Assembly: GCA_963791435.1 (NCBI GenBank)
Contig: CAWBSL010000001.1
Location: forward strand, 1,553,817-1,617,816
Direction: 5' to 3'
Source of the DNA: Candidatus Dormiibacterota bacterium
GTDB taxonomy: Bacteria; Chloroflexota; Dormibacteria; Aeolococcales; Aeolococcaceae
DNA length: 64,000 bases
Shown piece by piece: positions 14,144 through 23,130 of this stretch; positions within the stretch are counted from its first letter, which is position 1; each line of letters starts with the position of its first letter. Under the pieces are notes generated by a model. It was given only the letters and a program-made list of their open reading frames with translations, did no database searches and had not been told where the DNA came from. Position numbers and translations under genes: made by a program.

Positions 14144-14173
14144 AGAGACACGTCCCGCGCGGGGCGTGTCTCT
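14144..14173 (+). terminator. second hairpin agagacacg-N12-cgtgtctct
   Basis: 9-bp perfect stem. Could be a terminator or attenuator upstream of the PsiE-like gene. Confidence 0.25.
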
Positions 14174-14236
14174 TGCCGTTAATCGACGACGACGGTCCCT
14201 CGAAGACCGACACGGCCTTACACTGCAACGCACTTC

Positions 14237-14773
14237 ATGTCTGACACGCCGGAGCCGGTCCGCGGGACGCAACCACCCGAGGCGAGAACATCGGGCGGAG
14301 GCGGCATGCTGTCCTGGCCGGAAATACGCCGTGGAACGCCGCTGCGGGCGTTGATCGATCTCGTTCAGTACGGCGTCGCCATCGTGTTGCTCGTGCTTGC
14401 GGCGATCGTGCTGGTCAAGAGCTTTATCGATTTCGTGACGTCTCTCAACAACTACCCGACCCCATTGATCAGCGCCGTGGACGGCGTGCTCGTGGTGATC
14501 ATCCTCATCGACATCATGCGGACTGTCCTGACACATCTCGAAGGGTGGGGGTTTCCGTTTCGACCCTTCCTCGTGATCGGCATCATCGCAGCGGTTCGAG
14601 ACATTCTGGCCGTCTCGACGCGGCTGACTCTCTCCGCAAGCCCGAGCGGTGGATCGATCACGCAGTCGTTGTTCGAACTTGGGACCAACGCCGGCGTCAT
14701 CCTCGTGTTAGCGCTCGCGCTCTTCCTCACTCGTGGCCAGAACGTCGACGCCGAGACGGACCCCCGGCAATAG
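14237..14773 (+). CDS. PsiE-family (phosphate-starvation-inducible E-like) membrane protein
   Basis: 178 aa with four hydrophobic helices (VAIVLLVLAAIVLV, VLVVIILIDIMRTVL, LVIGIIAAVRDIL, GVILVLALALFL) in the PsiE arrangement. Confidence 0.6.
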   Translation: MSDTPEPVRGTQPPEARTSGGGGMLSWPEIRRGTPLRALIDLVQYGVAIVLLVLAAIVLVKSFIDFVTSLNNYPTPLISAVDGVLVVIILIDIMRTVLTHLEGWGFPFRPFLVIGIIAAVRDILAVSTRLTLSASPSGGSITQSLFELGTNAGVILVLALALFLTRGQNVDAETDPRQ

Positions 14774-15061
14774 GGCGCGGTTGATGAGGGTGGTCTCGTC
14801 AACGGGCTCACCCATCGTCCAGTACTCCCATTCACCCAGCTCGAGATAGGTGTGGTGGTACCGAGGATTGCTCGAATCGCGAGGCCACGGCTTGACGATC
14901 CCCGCGCTGCGGATGAGCGCGACGAACGCTCGGAACTCGGGCTCCAGGTCAGTCCGCCACTGCAGCACCGTGTACTCGTGGGGCCACTGGGGCATCGTCT
15001 TCGCGAACTGCCAGCGGACCTTGGCGATGTAGGCGCAGGCGTCGTCTGTCGTGTAGGGCAT
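14708..15061 (-). CDS. conserved hypothetical protein, Trp-rich (MPYTTDDACAYIAKVRWQFAKTMPQWPHEYTV...)
   Basis: 118 aa from the ATG at 15061. Good GC3 coding bias. Its 3' end overlaps the PsiE-like 3' end by 66 nt. Confidence 0.5.
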   Translation of the reverse strand: MPYTTDDACAYIAKVRWQFAKTMPQWPHEYTVLQWRTDLEPEFRAFVALIRSAGIVKPWPRDSSNPRYHHTYLELGEWEYWTMGEPVDETTLINRALLPGVRLGVDVLATSEEERER

Positions 15062-15114
15062 AGGAGCAACTCTGACCGCCGCCGGCGACAGGTGTGTGTC
15101 GCAACGCAATGCCG

Positions 15115-15741
15115 TCAGCGAGGTTGAGGACGGTCCAGGTTCCAGTGGCGCCCGACGATCGCGAGCCACGACCCATTGGGCGTTGCGGTGAGCATGAACC
15201 TGCTGATCATCCGCTGCCCGCCCTCGTGGTCTCCGTAGAGCAGGTCGATCGTCACGTTGTGACGAGCGGTGGCCGCAGCACGCGCGATGCCGAAGATCGG
15301 CTCGTTCTGGTCGCGAAACGCGCCTTGCCAGAAGCCCGTATCGCCGGCGGGAACGTAGATGTCCCGCGTGAGACGGCGAAAATCAGCGCTCTTCGGCGGA
15401 TCGGTGAGCACTCGCTCTGGATAGAAGTACCAGCCGTGGAGGACCGCGATACCGGAGCCGGCATTGCGCAGCCCGATGACGAGATAGATCGCTTCGGGAC
15501 CGACTTCGAACGCCGCATGACCACCGTCGATGGTCACCCAGTGCTGGTCGGCGAACGAGACCTTCTGCGGCAGATCCTGCAGACGCGAGGGCATCAGCAC
15601 CGGGCGCAATCCCGCAAGCAACGATCGCTCCGCTGCGCGTGCCGCTCGGTTCGCCGACCGCACCGATGAGAACGTCGCGACGGCGAGCACGAGCGTCCCG
15701 CCCGCTGTCGCAAGCGCTGAGATGGTCACCCAATCCGCCAT
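15115..15741 (-). CDS. hypothetical membrane-anchored protein
   Basis: N-terminal TM helix (WVTISALATAGGTLVLAVATF) then a ~180-aa soluble domain with no recognised motifs. Probably co-transcribed with 14708-15061. Confidence 0.5.
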   Translation of the reverse strand: MADWVTISALATAGGTLVLAVATFSSVRSANRAARAAERSLLAGLRPVLMPSRLQDLPQKVSFADQHWVTIDGGHAAFEVGPEAIYLVIGLRNAGSGIAVLHGWYFYPERVLTDPPKSADFRRLTRDIYVPAGDTGFWQGAFRDQNEPIFGIARAAATARHNVTIDLLYGDHEGGQRMISRFMLTATPNGSWLAIVGRHWNLDRPQPR

Positions 15742-15796
15742 GACGCCCGGAGCTTACCGACCTCGCCTCATGGACCGCGAGGTCGTCTGCCCTCGC

Positions 15797-16273
15797 TTAT
15801 GCGCGGCCGGAGATCAGGCCGGCGAGCTCGTGTCCACGGCTCTGCACCACCTCGACGTCGCGCGACTCGATCGCTTCGCCGCACGATGAGCACACGAGCA
15901 CAGCTTCGGTGAACGCTCCGCATGCCTTGTGCGTCACGCGAAGGGGAGGACCGGCGGGCGCCGCGTAGCGGTCGCCCCATTGGCGCATCGCAGTCAGCAC
16001 GGGCCAGAGATCGCGGCCCTTGTCGGTGAGGCGATAGTCGTGCCGCGGTGGATGTTCCGAGTACGGCACTCGCGTCAACACCCCTGCGTCGACGAGCGTG
16101 TTGAGCCGGTCGTTGAGGATGTTCCGGGAGATGCCGAGGCGGCGCTGGAAGTCGTCGAACCGGGTCACGCCGAGAAACGCGTCGCGGACGATGAGCATGC
16201 TCCACCACTCGCCGACGACCTCGAGGCACTGCGCGACGGAGCAGTCCATCCCGCTGAAGCTCTTGCGATCCAT
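15797..16273 (-). CDS. HxlR-family winged-helix transcriptional regulator with C-terminal Cys-containing extension
   Basis: CSVAQCLEVVGEWWSMLIVRDAFLGVTRFDDFQRRLGISRNILNDRLNTLVDAGVL is the HxlR signature. C-terminal CGAF..x..CSSCGE. Confidence 0.8.
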   Translation of the reverse strand: MDRKSFSGMDCSVAQCLEVVGEWWSMLIVRDAFLGVTRFDDFQRRLGISRNILNDRLNTLVDAGVLTRVPYSEHPPRHDYRLTDKGRDLWPVLTAMRQWGDRYAAPAGPPLRVTHKACGAFTEAVLVCSSCGEAIESRDVEVVQSRGHELAGLISGRA

Positions 16274-16290
16274 GGCTTCAGGATAGTGAG

Positions 16291-16308
16291 TTGCATAATA
16301 GAACGCAA
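16291..16308. promoter_or_regulatory. candidate operator TTGCataatagaacGCAA in HxlR/MFS divergent intergenic region
   Basis: Inverted TTGC/GCAA half-sites in a 47-bp divergent spacer. Confidence 0.25.
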
Positions 16309-16320
16309 GCTCGTAGAGTG

Positions 16321-17787
16321 ATGCCCGTGGCCGAGCAGAACGCCGCCTCGACACCCGCCGCACCGGTCATCCGCCGGCGCATCGTCTTCATCGTCACCGC
16401 GCTCGGCGCTTTCATGGCGTCACTCGATCTCTCGATCGTCAACGTCGCCTTCCCGGCGCTCGAACGATCGTTCCCGAGCGATCCGCGCGCGACGCTCGCG
16501 TGGGTGATCACCAGCTACGGCATCGTGTTCGGCTCCCTTCTCGTGATCGCGGGACGCACCGCGGACCGGCTCGGCAGCCGGCGGGTGTTCATCGCGGGCC
16601 TCACGGTCTTCACCATCGGCTCGGCGCTGTGCGGGCTGGCTCCTTCGGTCTCGCTGCTCATCGCGGGGCGCGTCATCCAGGGCTTCGGCGCCGCCGCCCT
16701 GCTGCCGGCCTCGCTGAGCCTGCTTCTCGGGGCATTCCCTGTCGAACGCCGCTCGCAGGTAGTCGCCCTCTGGGGCGGCGTCGGCGCGCTCGCCGTTGCA
16801 ACCGGCCCGTCGCTCGGAGCGGCGCTCATCACCATCGGTGGGTGGCGATCGGCCTTCTTCGTCAATGTTCCGATCGGTGTTGTTGCCTGGATTGCGGGAC
16901 GGCGAGTGCTCGTCAATTCGCGAGCCGGGACTCCGGGAGTGGCGCCGGACTATGCCGGTGCAGCGCTCATCGCAGTGACGCTTTCGGCATTGGTCCTCGG
17001 CATCACCGAAGGCCCCACGTGGGGCTGGGATTCAGCGCCGGTCCTCGCATGCTTCGCCGGGGCGGTGATCGTCGGCGCGGGCTTCCTGTACCGGTCTGCG
17101 CGCCATCCCGAACCGGTCCTGGACCTCACCCTTTTCAGGGCTCGATCATTCAGCGTCGCCAATGTCGCGACGTTCCTCTACGCGATGGGGTTCTTCGCGA
17201 TGCTGCTGGGGAACATCCTGTTCCTCACGAGCGTGTGGCACTACCCGATTCTGGAAGCGGGTCTCGCCGTCACGCCGGGTCCACTCGTGGTCGCGGTGGT
17301 GTCCGGACCCGCGGGACGGGTGGCGTCTCGCGTTGGGTTCCGCAGGGTGCTGCTCGTCGGTTTCACGGTGTTCTTCCTCGGGCTCACGTGGTTCGCAACA
17401 CGTGTCGGTCTGCAGCACGACTACCTCACGGTGTGGTTGCCCGGCACGCTGATCATCGGTCTGGGCATCGGACTCACCTTCCCGGTGCTGAGCGCAGCAG
17501 CCGTGTCGAGCCTGCATCCGAATCGCTTCGCCGTGGGAAGCGCGGTGAATCAGACAGCTCGTCAGATCGGCGGCGCATTCGGTATCGCGTTGCTGGTGGT
17601 GATCCTCGGCACGCCGCACAGCCTCACCGGCGCGCTCACCGCCTTTCACCACCTGTGGTGGTACGCGGCCGCAACGGCGTTGCTGTCCGGCGTCGCCTGC
17701 ACGCTCATCAGCCACAAGCCGCGAGCTCAGGTGGAATCGATCGCGTCCGTCGCCGCGTCTGCTGAGGAGACCCGCGTCGCCGTGTAG
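16321..17787 (+). CDS. MFS transporter, DHA2 (EmrB/QacA) family, 14 TM
   Basis: LDLSIVNVAFPAL, GRTADRLGSRRVF and GFGAAALLP motifs. Divergent from the HxlR regulator. Confidence 0.85.
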   Translation: MPVAEQNAASTPAAPVIRRRIVFIVTALGAFMASLDLSIVNVAFPALERSFPSDPRATLAWVITSYGIVFGSLLVIAGRTADRLGSRRVFIAGLTVFTIGSALCGLAPSVSLLIAGRVIQGFGAAALLPASLSLLLGAFPVERRSQVVALWGGVGALAVATGPSLGAALITIGGWRSAFFVNVPIGVVAWIAGRRVLVNSRAGTPGVAPDYAGAALIAVTLSALVLGITEGPTWGWDSAPVLACFAGAVIVGAGFLYRSARHPEPVLDLTLFRARSFSVANVATFLYAMGFFAMLLGNILFLTSVWHYPILEAGLAVTPGPLVVAVVSGPAGRVASRVGFRRVLLVGFTVFFLGLTWFATRVGLQHDYLTVWLPGTLIIGLGIGLTFPVLSAAAVSSLHPNRFAVGSAVNQTARQIGGAFGIALLVVILGTPHSLTGALTAFHHLWWYAAATALLSGVACTLISHKPRAQVESIASVAASAEETRVAV

Positions 17788-18857
17788 CCGGCGAGCACCC
17801 GGCGCGATTCGCGCGCCATCTCCACGTCCTCGCGTGCCGTGACCACGACGACAGCAGGTGGGTGATCAGGAATCCCGATCACTGCGTCGCCGTCGGCGGC
17901 GAGCAGTGTCTCCGGAAGTCCGAACAAACCGAGCCGCGCGCACACGCGGCCACGGATCAAGGCCGAGTGCTCACCGACTCCGCCGGTGAACACGAGCGCA
18001 TCGAGCCGATCGAGCGATGCCGCGAGCCCGCCGATCACGCGGCACAGGACGTGCACGTACACGTCGAGCGCCAGCAGGCACGACGCATCACCGGCAGCAG
18101 CCTCGCGTTCCACCTCGCGCATGTCGGACTGGCCGCAGAGGCCCATGAGTTCACTGCCGTGTTCCAGTGAGCGGGTCATCGCACCGACCGAGACGCCGTG
18201 ATGTTCCTGGAGCCAGAGCAACGCGCCCGGGTCCACTGTCCCGCTCCGCGTCGCCATCACTGCGCCTTCGAGCGGCGTGAAGCCCATGCTCGTATCGACG
18301 CTGCGACCTTCGCGAACGGCGCATGCGGAGACTCCCGACCCGATGTGCGTGATCACGACCTGCAGCTGCTCGACCGGTCTGCCGAGCAGCTCCGCGCTGC
18401 GTCCGCTCGCCCACGCGTAGGACAGGCCGTGAAAGCCGTAGCGCCGCATGCCGAACTCTCGCCAGTGCGCGGGGACCGCATACGTTGTGGCGTAGGTGGG
18501 GATGCGCGCGTGGAACGAGGTGTCGAGACACACGACCTGTGGACGGTCGATCGACTTGCGGGCGACGTCGAGGAGCGCCAGCGCCGGCGGGAGATGCAGC
18601 GGAGCCAGCTCGATAGCCGCTTCGAGCTGCTCGCGGACCTCGTCATCGACGAGCGTTGCATGCCGGACGGCGGCTCCGCCATGCACGAGGCGGTGAGCGA
18701 CAGCGTCGATCTCGCCGGCTCGCGCTGCGAAATCGTCAAGCGTGCTGACGGGATCGGCGTCGCCGTCCACCTCCTGCGCCTCTTCGACTGTGTCGCTCTC
18801 GCCGATGACACTCAGCTTCAGGCTGCTCGAGCCTGCGTTGACCGCAAGAATGCGCAT
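17727..18857 (-). CDS. ackA: acetate kinase
   Basis: MRILAVNAGSSSLK N-terminus and GFHGLSY, ITHIGSG and TGGVGEHS motifs. Confidence 0.9.
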   Translation of the reverse strand: MRILAVNAGSSSLKLSVIGESDTVEEAQEVDGDADPVSTLDDFAARAGEIDAVAHRLVHGGAAVRHATLVDDEVREQLEAAIELAPLHLPPALALLDVARKSIDRPQVVCLDTSFHARIPTYATTYAVPAHWREFGMRRYGFHGLSYAWASGRSAELLGRPVEQLQVVITHIGSGVSACAVREGRSVDTSMGFTPLEGAVMATRSGTVDPGALLWLQEHHGVSVGAMTRSLEHGSELMGLCGQSDMREVEREAAAGDASCLLALDVYVHVLCRVIGGLAASLDRLDALVFTGGVGEHSALIRGRVCARLGLFGLPETLLAADGDAVIGIPDHPPAVVVVTAREDVEMARESRRVLAGYTATRVSSADAATDAIDST

Positions 18858-18860
18858 CGA

Positions 18861-21284
18861 TCAGGCCGATGCTTCGGGGCGCGTCCCATTCGCGTTCGGT
18901 CCGGGCCAGCGCCAGTTGCGAATCTCGGGCATGTCCTCGAAGTGTTCGCGAACGTAGTCGTGATGACGAAGCAACTGGTCTCGACAGAACCTGTTGAGAT
19001 CGTCAGCACCGGCGGGTGTTCGCCGAGACCGATGCAGTGCCTCCATCACGAGGTGGTACCGGCTCATCTCATTGAGCACCACCATGTCGAACGGCGTGGT
19101 GGTCGTGCCACGTTCGTTGTATCCCCGAACATGGAACCGAGGAGCGTTCGGGCGGCCGTGCACGACCTGGTGAAATGCCCGCGCATAGCCGTGAAACGCC
19201 ATCACCACGTCGGTGTCATCGGTGAAGAGCTCGGTGAACGTCTCGGCACTGAGCGCATGCGGATGGAACGGCGCCGGGCTCATCGCCAGGAGGTCAACGA
19301 TGTTGACGAGCCGGAAGCGCAGGTCAGGCACGTACTGGCGAAGCAGGGCCGCGGCGCCGAGTGTTTCCAGCGTCGGGATATCACCGGCGCACCCGAGCAC
19401 GACGTCCGGCCGGCCGTCACCGGGGTTCGACGCCCAGCCCCACACCGACGCGCCACGTACGCAGTGCTCGATCGCCGCGTCCATCGACAGATACTGCAGT
19501 TCGGGCTGCTTGTCGATCACGATGAGGTTGACGTAATTGCGGCTGGAGAAGCAGTGGTCGGCGACGGAGAGCAGGCAGTTGGCGTCCGGAGGCAGATACA
19601 CGCGGACGACGTCGCCACTCATCGCCATGACGGTGTCGATGAGGCCCGGCCCCTGGTGACTGAAGCCGTTGTGGTCATTGCGCCAGCACGTGGAAGTCAG
19701 GAGCACGTTGAGCGACGCGACCGGCTCACGCCAGCGCAGGTCACGGGCAGCCTCGAGCCACTTTGCGTGCTGGACCGTCATCGATGCGGAGACCATCGCG
19801 AAGGCTTCGTATGTAGCGAAGAGCCCGTGCCGTCCGGTCAGCAGGTAGCCCTCGAGCCAACCTTCGCAGAGGTGCTCTGACAGCACCTCCATCACGCGTC
19901 CACCGGCGCTGACGTGATCGTCGATCGGGATGGTGGCTTCCTCGAAGCAGCGGGTCTCGATGTCGAAGACTGCGCCGAGGCGATTGCTGTTGGTCTCATC
20001 CGGACAGAAGAGGCGAAAGTTGTCCGGGTTGGCGCGGTAGATGTCGCGAATCCACTCACCGAGACGGCGCGTCGACTCGGCGACGGTGACTCCGGGGTCG
20101 ACGGGCATTGCGTAGTCCGTGAACACCGGCAGCTTCAGGGGGCGGAGGATCCTGCCGCCGTTGGCATAGGCGCTTGCGCCCATGCGCTTGTCTCCTTCGG
20201 GCATGACTTCGGTCACCGCGCTGACCGGAGTGCCGCCGCTGTCGAACAGTTCCTCGGGTCGATAGCTGCGCATCCATTCCTCGAGTTGCGCAAGGTGTTC
20301 CGGGTTGGTCCGCACGTTGTCGAGCGGAACCTGGTGGGCGCGAAACGTTCCCTCCACCGGGAGACCGTCGACGAACTTCGGTCCGGTCCAGCCCTTGGGC
20401 GTCCGCAGAACGATCGCGGGCCACGTGGGCCGGCCGTCGCTTGCGCCACGCCGCGCCGTCGCCTGGATCTCGCGAATCCTGTCGTAGCAGCCGTCGAGGG
20501 TTCGTGCGAACTCCTCGTGCACGGTCTGCGGGTCGTTACCGCTGACGACCTGGACGTCGTATCCGTGCGCGCTGAGCAGCCCGATGACGTCGCGCTCGTG
20601 AGCTCGCCCGAGAACGGTTGGTCCGCTGATCTTGTAGCCGTTGAGCTGCAGGATCGGGAGCACTGCCCCGTCGCGTCGTGGATCGAGAAAGCTCACGCCC
20701 TTCCACGATCCTTCGAGCGGGCCGGTCTCCGCCTCGCCGTCGCCGACCACGCACGCCGCGATCAAGTCGGGGTTGTCAAAAACTGCGCCGAACGCGTGCA
20801 CGAGCGCGTAGCCCAGCTCGCCGCCCTCGTGGATCGAACCGGGAGTTGGGACGCTGACATGACTCGGAATGCCGCCCGGTGTGGAGAACTGGCGTACCAG
20901 CCGGAGAAGGCCGGCCTCGTCGCGCGTGACCTCCGGGTAGATCTCCGAATACGTGCCTTCGAGATACACGTTGGCGACCACGGCCGGACCGCCATGCCCG
21001 GGGCCTGCGACGTACAGCACGTCGCAGTCGCGCTGCTGGATCAGACGGTTGAGCTGGACGTAGATCAGGCTCAACGCCGGGGACGTTCCCCAATGGCCGA
21101 GCAGCCGGGGCTTGATGTGCTCGGCCGCTAGGGGCTCGCGGAGCAGCGGGTTCGCCTGGAGGTAGATCTGCGCGACGGTCAGGTAATTGGCCGCCCGCCA
21201 CGTGGTGACGAGCGCATCCGTATCGATCGTGCCGGTGGATGGGGTCATGGTGGTCACCAAGGGCATCGTAGCGGCGGGGGCCAT
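18861..21284 (-). CDS. xfp: xylulose-5-phosphate/fructose-6-phosphate phosphoketolase
   Basis: Colinear with bifidobacterial Xfp across ~800 aa (WRAANYL, GHWGT.P, GPGHGGPA, EGGELGY, GDGEAETGP...). Start placed at the ATG at 21284 (MAPAAT...). The 869-aa ORF from 21470 gives an N-terminus longer than homologs. Confidence 0.9.
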   Translation of the reverse strand: MAPAATMPLVTTMTPSTGTIDTDALVTTWRAANYLTVAQIYLQANPLLREPLAAEHIKPRLLGHWGTSPALSLIYVQLNRLIQQRDCDVLYVAGPGHGGPAVVANVYLEGTYSEIYPEVTRDEAGLLRLVRQFSTPGGIPSHVSVPTPGSIHEGGELGYALVHAFGAVFDNPDLIAACVVGDGEAETGPLEGSWKGVSFLDPRRDGAVLPILQLNGYKISGPTVLGRAHERDVIGLLSAHGYDVQVVSGNDPQTVHEEFARTLDGCYDRIREIQATARRGASDGRPTWPAIVLRTPKGWTGPKFVDGLPVEGTFRAHQVPLDNVRTNPEHLAQLEEWMRSYRPEELFDSGGTPVSAVTEVMPEGDKRMGASAYANGGRILRPLKLPVFTDYAMPVDPGVTVAESTRRLGEWIRDIYRANPDNFRLFCPDETNSNRLGAVFDIETRCFEEATIPIDDHVSAGGRVMEVLSEHLCEGWLEGYLLTGRHGLFATYEAFAMVSASMTVQHAKWLEAARDLRWREPVASLNVLLTSTCWRNDHNGFSHQGPGLIDTVMAMSGDVVRVYLPPDANCLLSVADHCFSSRNYVNLIVIDKQPELQYLSMDAAIEHCVRGASVWGWASNPGDGRPDVVLGCAGDIPTLETLGAAALLRQYVPDLRFRLVNIVDLLAMSPAPFHPHALSAETFTELFTDDTDVVMAFHGYARAFHQVVHGRPNAPRFHVRGYNERGTTTTPFDMVVLNEMSRYHLVMEALHRSRRTPAGADDLNRFCRDQLLRHHDYVREHFEDMPEIRNWRWPGPNANGTRPEASA

Positions 21285-21360
21285 CTCCCTCGGTTGTGAG
21301 CCGGTTATGAGGCCTCCTCCTACGGGCATCGGGCGTGTCACATTGTCCCTTGCACCAACG

Positions 21361-22458
21361 ATGCAAGGTCGAATCGAGAACGAGCCCATTGAGAGGGGCC
21401 GACGCCGCTTGAACGCGCGATCCGTGATCGCGTTGCTGTCCGCGATCGCCGTCGCGGGGGCGATCGGCATCGCGATCTCCCTCGCGCAACACAGGGCAGC
21501 GCCGCTCGCTCAGCACGCGCCGGATCCGTTCCGGCCGCAGCCGGTTACCCCCTCGCCTGTTCCGAATGAGCCCCAGGCGGGTCTGGGCTTCACCGTCGCC
21601 GATGACCCCGCAACCCACGAGGTCGTCCTCTTCGGTGGGGTTGGCGACTACCCGAGCACCTGGCTGTGGAACGGCTCTCGATGGACGCTGGCGCATCCCG
21701 CAACGAGCCCCGAGGGACGCTTCGGCGCATCCGCCGCGTACGACCCGCAGACGAAGACGGTGGTGATGTTCGGGGGGCGGCTCGAGGACGGCACTCCCAT
21801 CCACGACACGTGGGCTTGGGACGGCACCACCTGGAATGATCTCGATAGCGGCGCAGGCGGTCCACCGCCCGGTGAGGGGTCGGACATGGCCTGGGACGCG
21901 GCGACCACACAGATGATCTTGATCACGAGCTCTGGGGTCATCTCGAACCCTGCGGAGACCTGGATCTGGGCCGGCACGCACTGGAGCCACCCGTCAGGGG
22001 CTGTGCTTCCACCAGGCGCGGACTACAGCCCGATGTCGTTCGATCCCGTGAGCAAGTCGCTGCTTGCAGTGGGTTGCTGCGTCGGCCCTCCGCCGTCCAC
22101 CGGCGCGGCGAGCACCACCTGGCGGTGGACCGGCGCGACGTGGAGGTTGGTGCCCACCCCGGCCGTCGCGCCCGTCAACGGGTCGACCATGCAACTGGAC
22201 CCGGTGACCCATCACCTCGTGCTGTGCGCGTGTGGCGAATCGACGCTGCCGCAGCCGGAGTTCTGGGTCTGGAACGGCGCCGAGTGGGCCAGGTTCTCGA
22301 CTGCGTTGCCGGCGGCCGGCGGGACGGAGATCACCGATGACAACGACCTGCTGATCTTTGGGCCATCGAAGTCGAACTCGCAGTCACAAGCGCCACCGGT
22401 CGATGTCTGGGTGCTGACCCCGAGATCGATGTGGTCGCAGCTCGACCGGAACGGCTAG
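21361..22458 (+). CDS. membrane-anchored Kelch-repeat (galactose-oxidase-like beta-propeller) protein
   Basis: N-terminal signal anchor (SVIALLSAIAVAGAIGIAISLA), then repeated ..W.W.G..W.. blades (WLWNGSRW, WAWDGTTW, WIWAGTHW, WRWTGATW, WVWNGAEW). Confidence 0.65.
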   Translation: MQGRIENEPIERGRRRLNARSVIALLSAIAVAGAIGIAISLAQHRAAPLAQHAPDPFRPQPVTPSPVPNEPQAGLGFTVADDPATHEVVLFGGVGDYPSTWLWNGSRWTLAHPATSPEGRFGASAAYDPQTKTVVMFGGRLEDGTPIHDTWAWDGTTWNDLDSGAGGPPPGEGSDMAWDAATTQMILITSSGVISNPAETWIWAGTHWSHPSGAVLPPGADYSPMSFDPVSKSLLAVGCCVGPPPSTGAASTTWRWTGATWRLVPTPAVAPVNGSTMQLDPVTHHLVLCACGESTLPQPEFWVWNGAEWARFSTALPAAGGTEITDDNDLLIFGPSKSNSQSQAPPVDVWVLTPRSMWSQLDRNG

Positions 22459-22486
22459 CGAGTCCTCAACTGCAAAGCGAGGACGT

Positions 22487-23023
22487 CTAGCTGCAAGCCC
22501 CGGCGACCATCTGCTGATTGATCTGCCCGGGGGAAGACGCAGATCCGAAGTTCCAGTTGTTCTCGGCAAACGCCAGTGAAGCCTCTGTCGTGACGAGCGG
22601 AATCGTCCCGGCATTCGGAGCCGGCGCACTGAGATCCTCGCAGGCGGCGCTCATCACCTCCGTGGCCGTGGCATCCGGTCCCAGCGACAACAGCTTTGAT
22701 GGAATCTTCGCGAAGAAGGTGATCGCGCCCACGTTCGGGCGCCCGTCCGGACACACCGCCGGTGAGACGTTGCCGTCCTGTGCGATGACGACGGAGCCGC
22801 AGTTCTCGGGGTGGCCGGGAAAGGGCCACGGCGTCGGACCGGGCGGCGTCGCCACCGGGGCCGACAATGACGACGCCGTCGGAGTCGGCGCCGAAGAGCT
22901 GGTGGGCGCGGATGTTGCGGGCGATGGCGTGGTGCTCCCGCACGCCACCACGGCGAGCGAGCACGTTGCGGCGATGATCGCCGTGCGCAGCGGGTCGAAT
23001 CTTGCGTACCACATACGACGCAT
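22487..23023 (-). CDS. secreted lipoprotein with Ser/Pro/Thr-rich linker
   Basis: Signal peptide ending in lipobox-like LAVVAC|GS, then low-complexity TPSPATSAPTSSSAPTPTASS and a small Cys-containing domain. Confidence 0.5.
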   Translation of the reverse strand: MRRMWYARFDPLRTAIIAATCSLAVVACGSTTPSPATSAPTSSSAPTPTASSLSAPVATPPGPTPWPFPGHPENCGSVVIAQDGNVSPAVCPDGRPNVGAITFFAKIPSKLLSLGPDATATEVMSAACEDLSAPAPNAGTIPLVTTEASLAFAENNWNFGSASSPGQINQQMVAGACS

Positions 23024-23130
23024 ATAACGACCGCCTGCATCAAGGGATACGCTGCGTGCGGGTGAAGTCGGGCGCGCCGTCCGAGCATGTAGGCTGGCCG
23101 GGTATCACGGCCACGTACCTCACTGGAGCA

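Noticed and set aside
21285-21470. 62-codon N-terminal extension of phosphoketolase (start at 21470)
   Set aside because: It makes the protein ~60 aa longer than characterised Xfp enzymes. The ATG at 21284 gives an N-terminus colinear with bifidobacterial Xfp.
11176-22458. GT2 synthase plus Kelch/galactose-oxidase-like protein as a CslA-GlxA-type pair
   Set aside because: They are ~8 kb apart on different strands with unrelated genes between them. This is kept only as a remark inside the GT2 finding, not as a called system.
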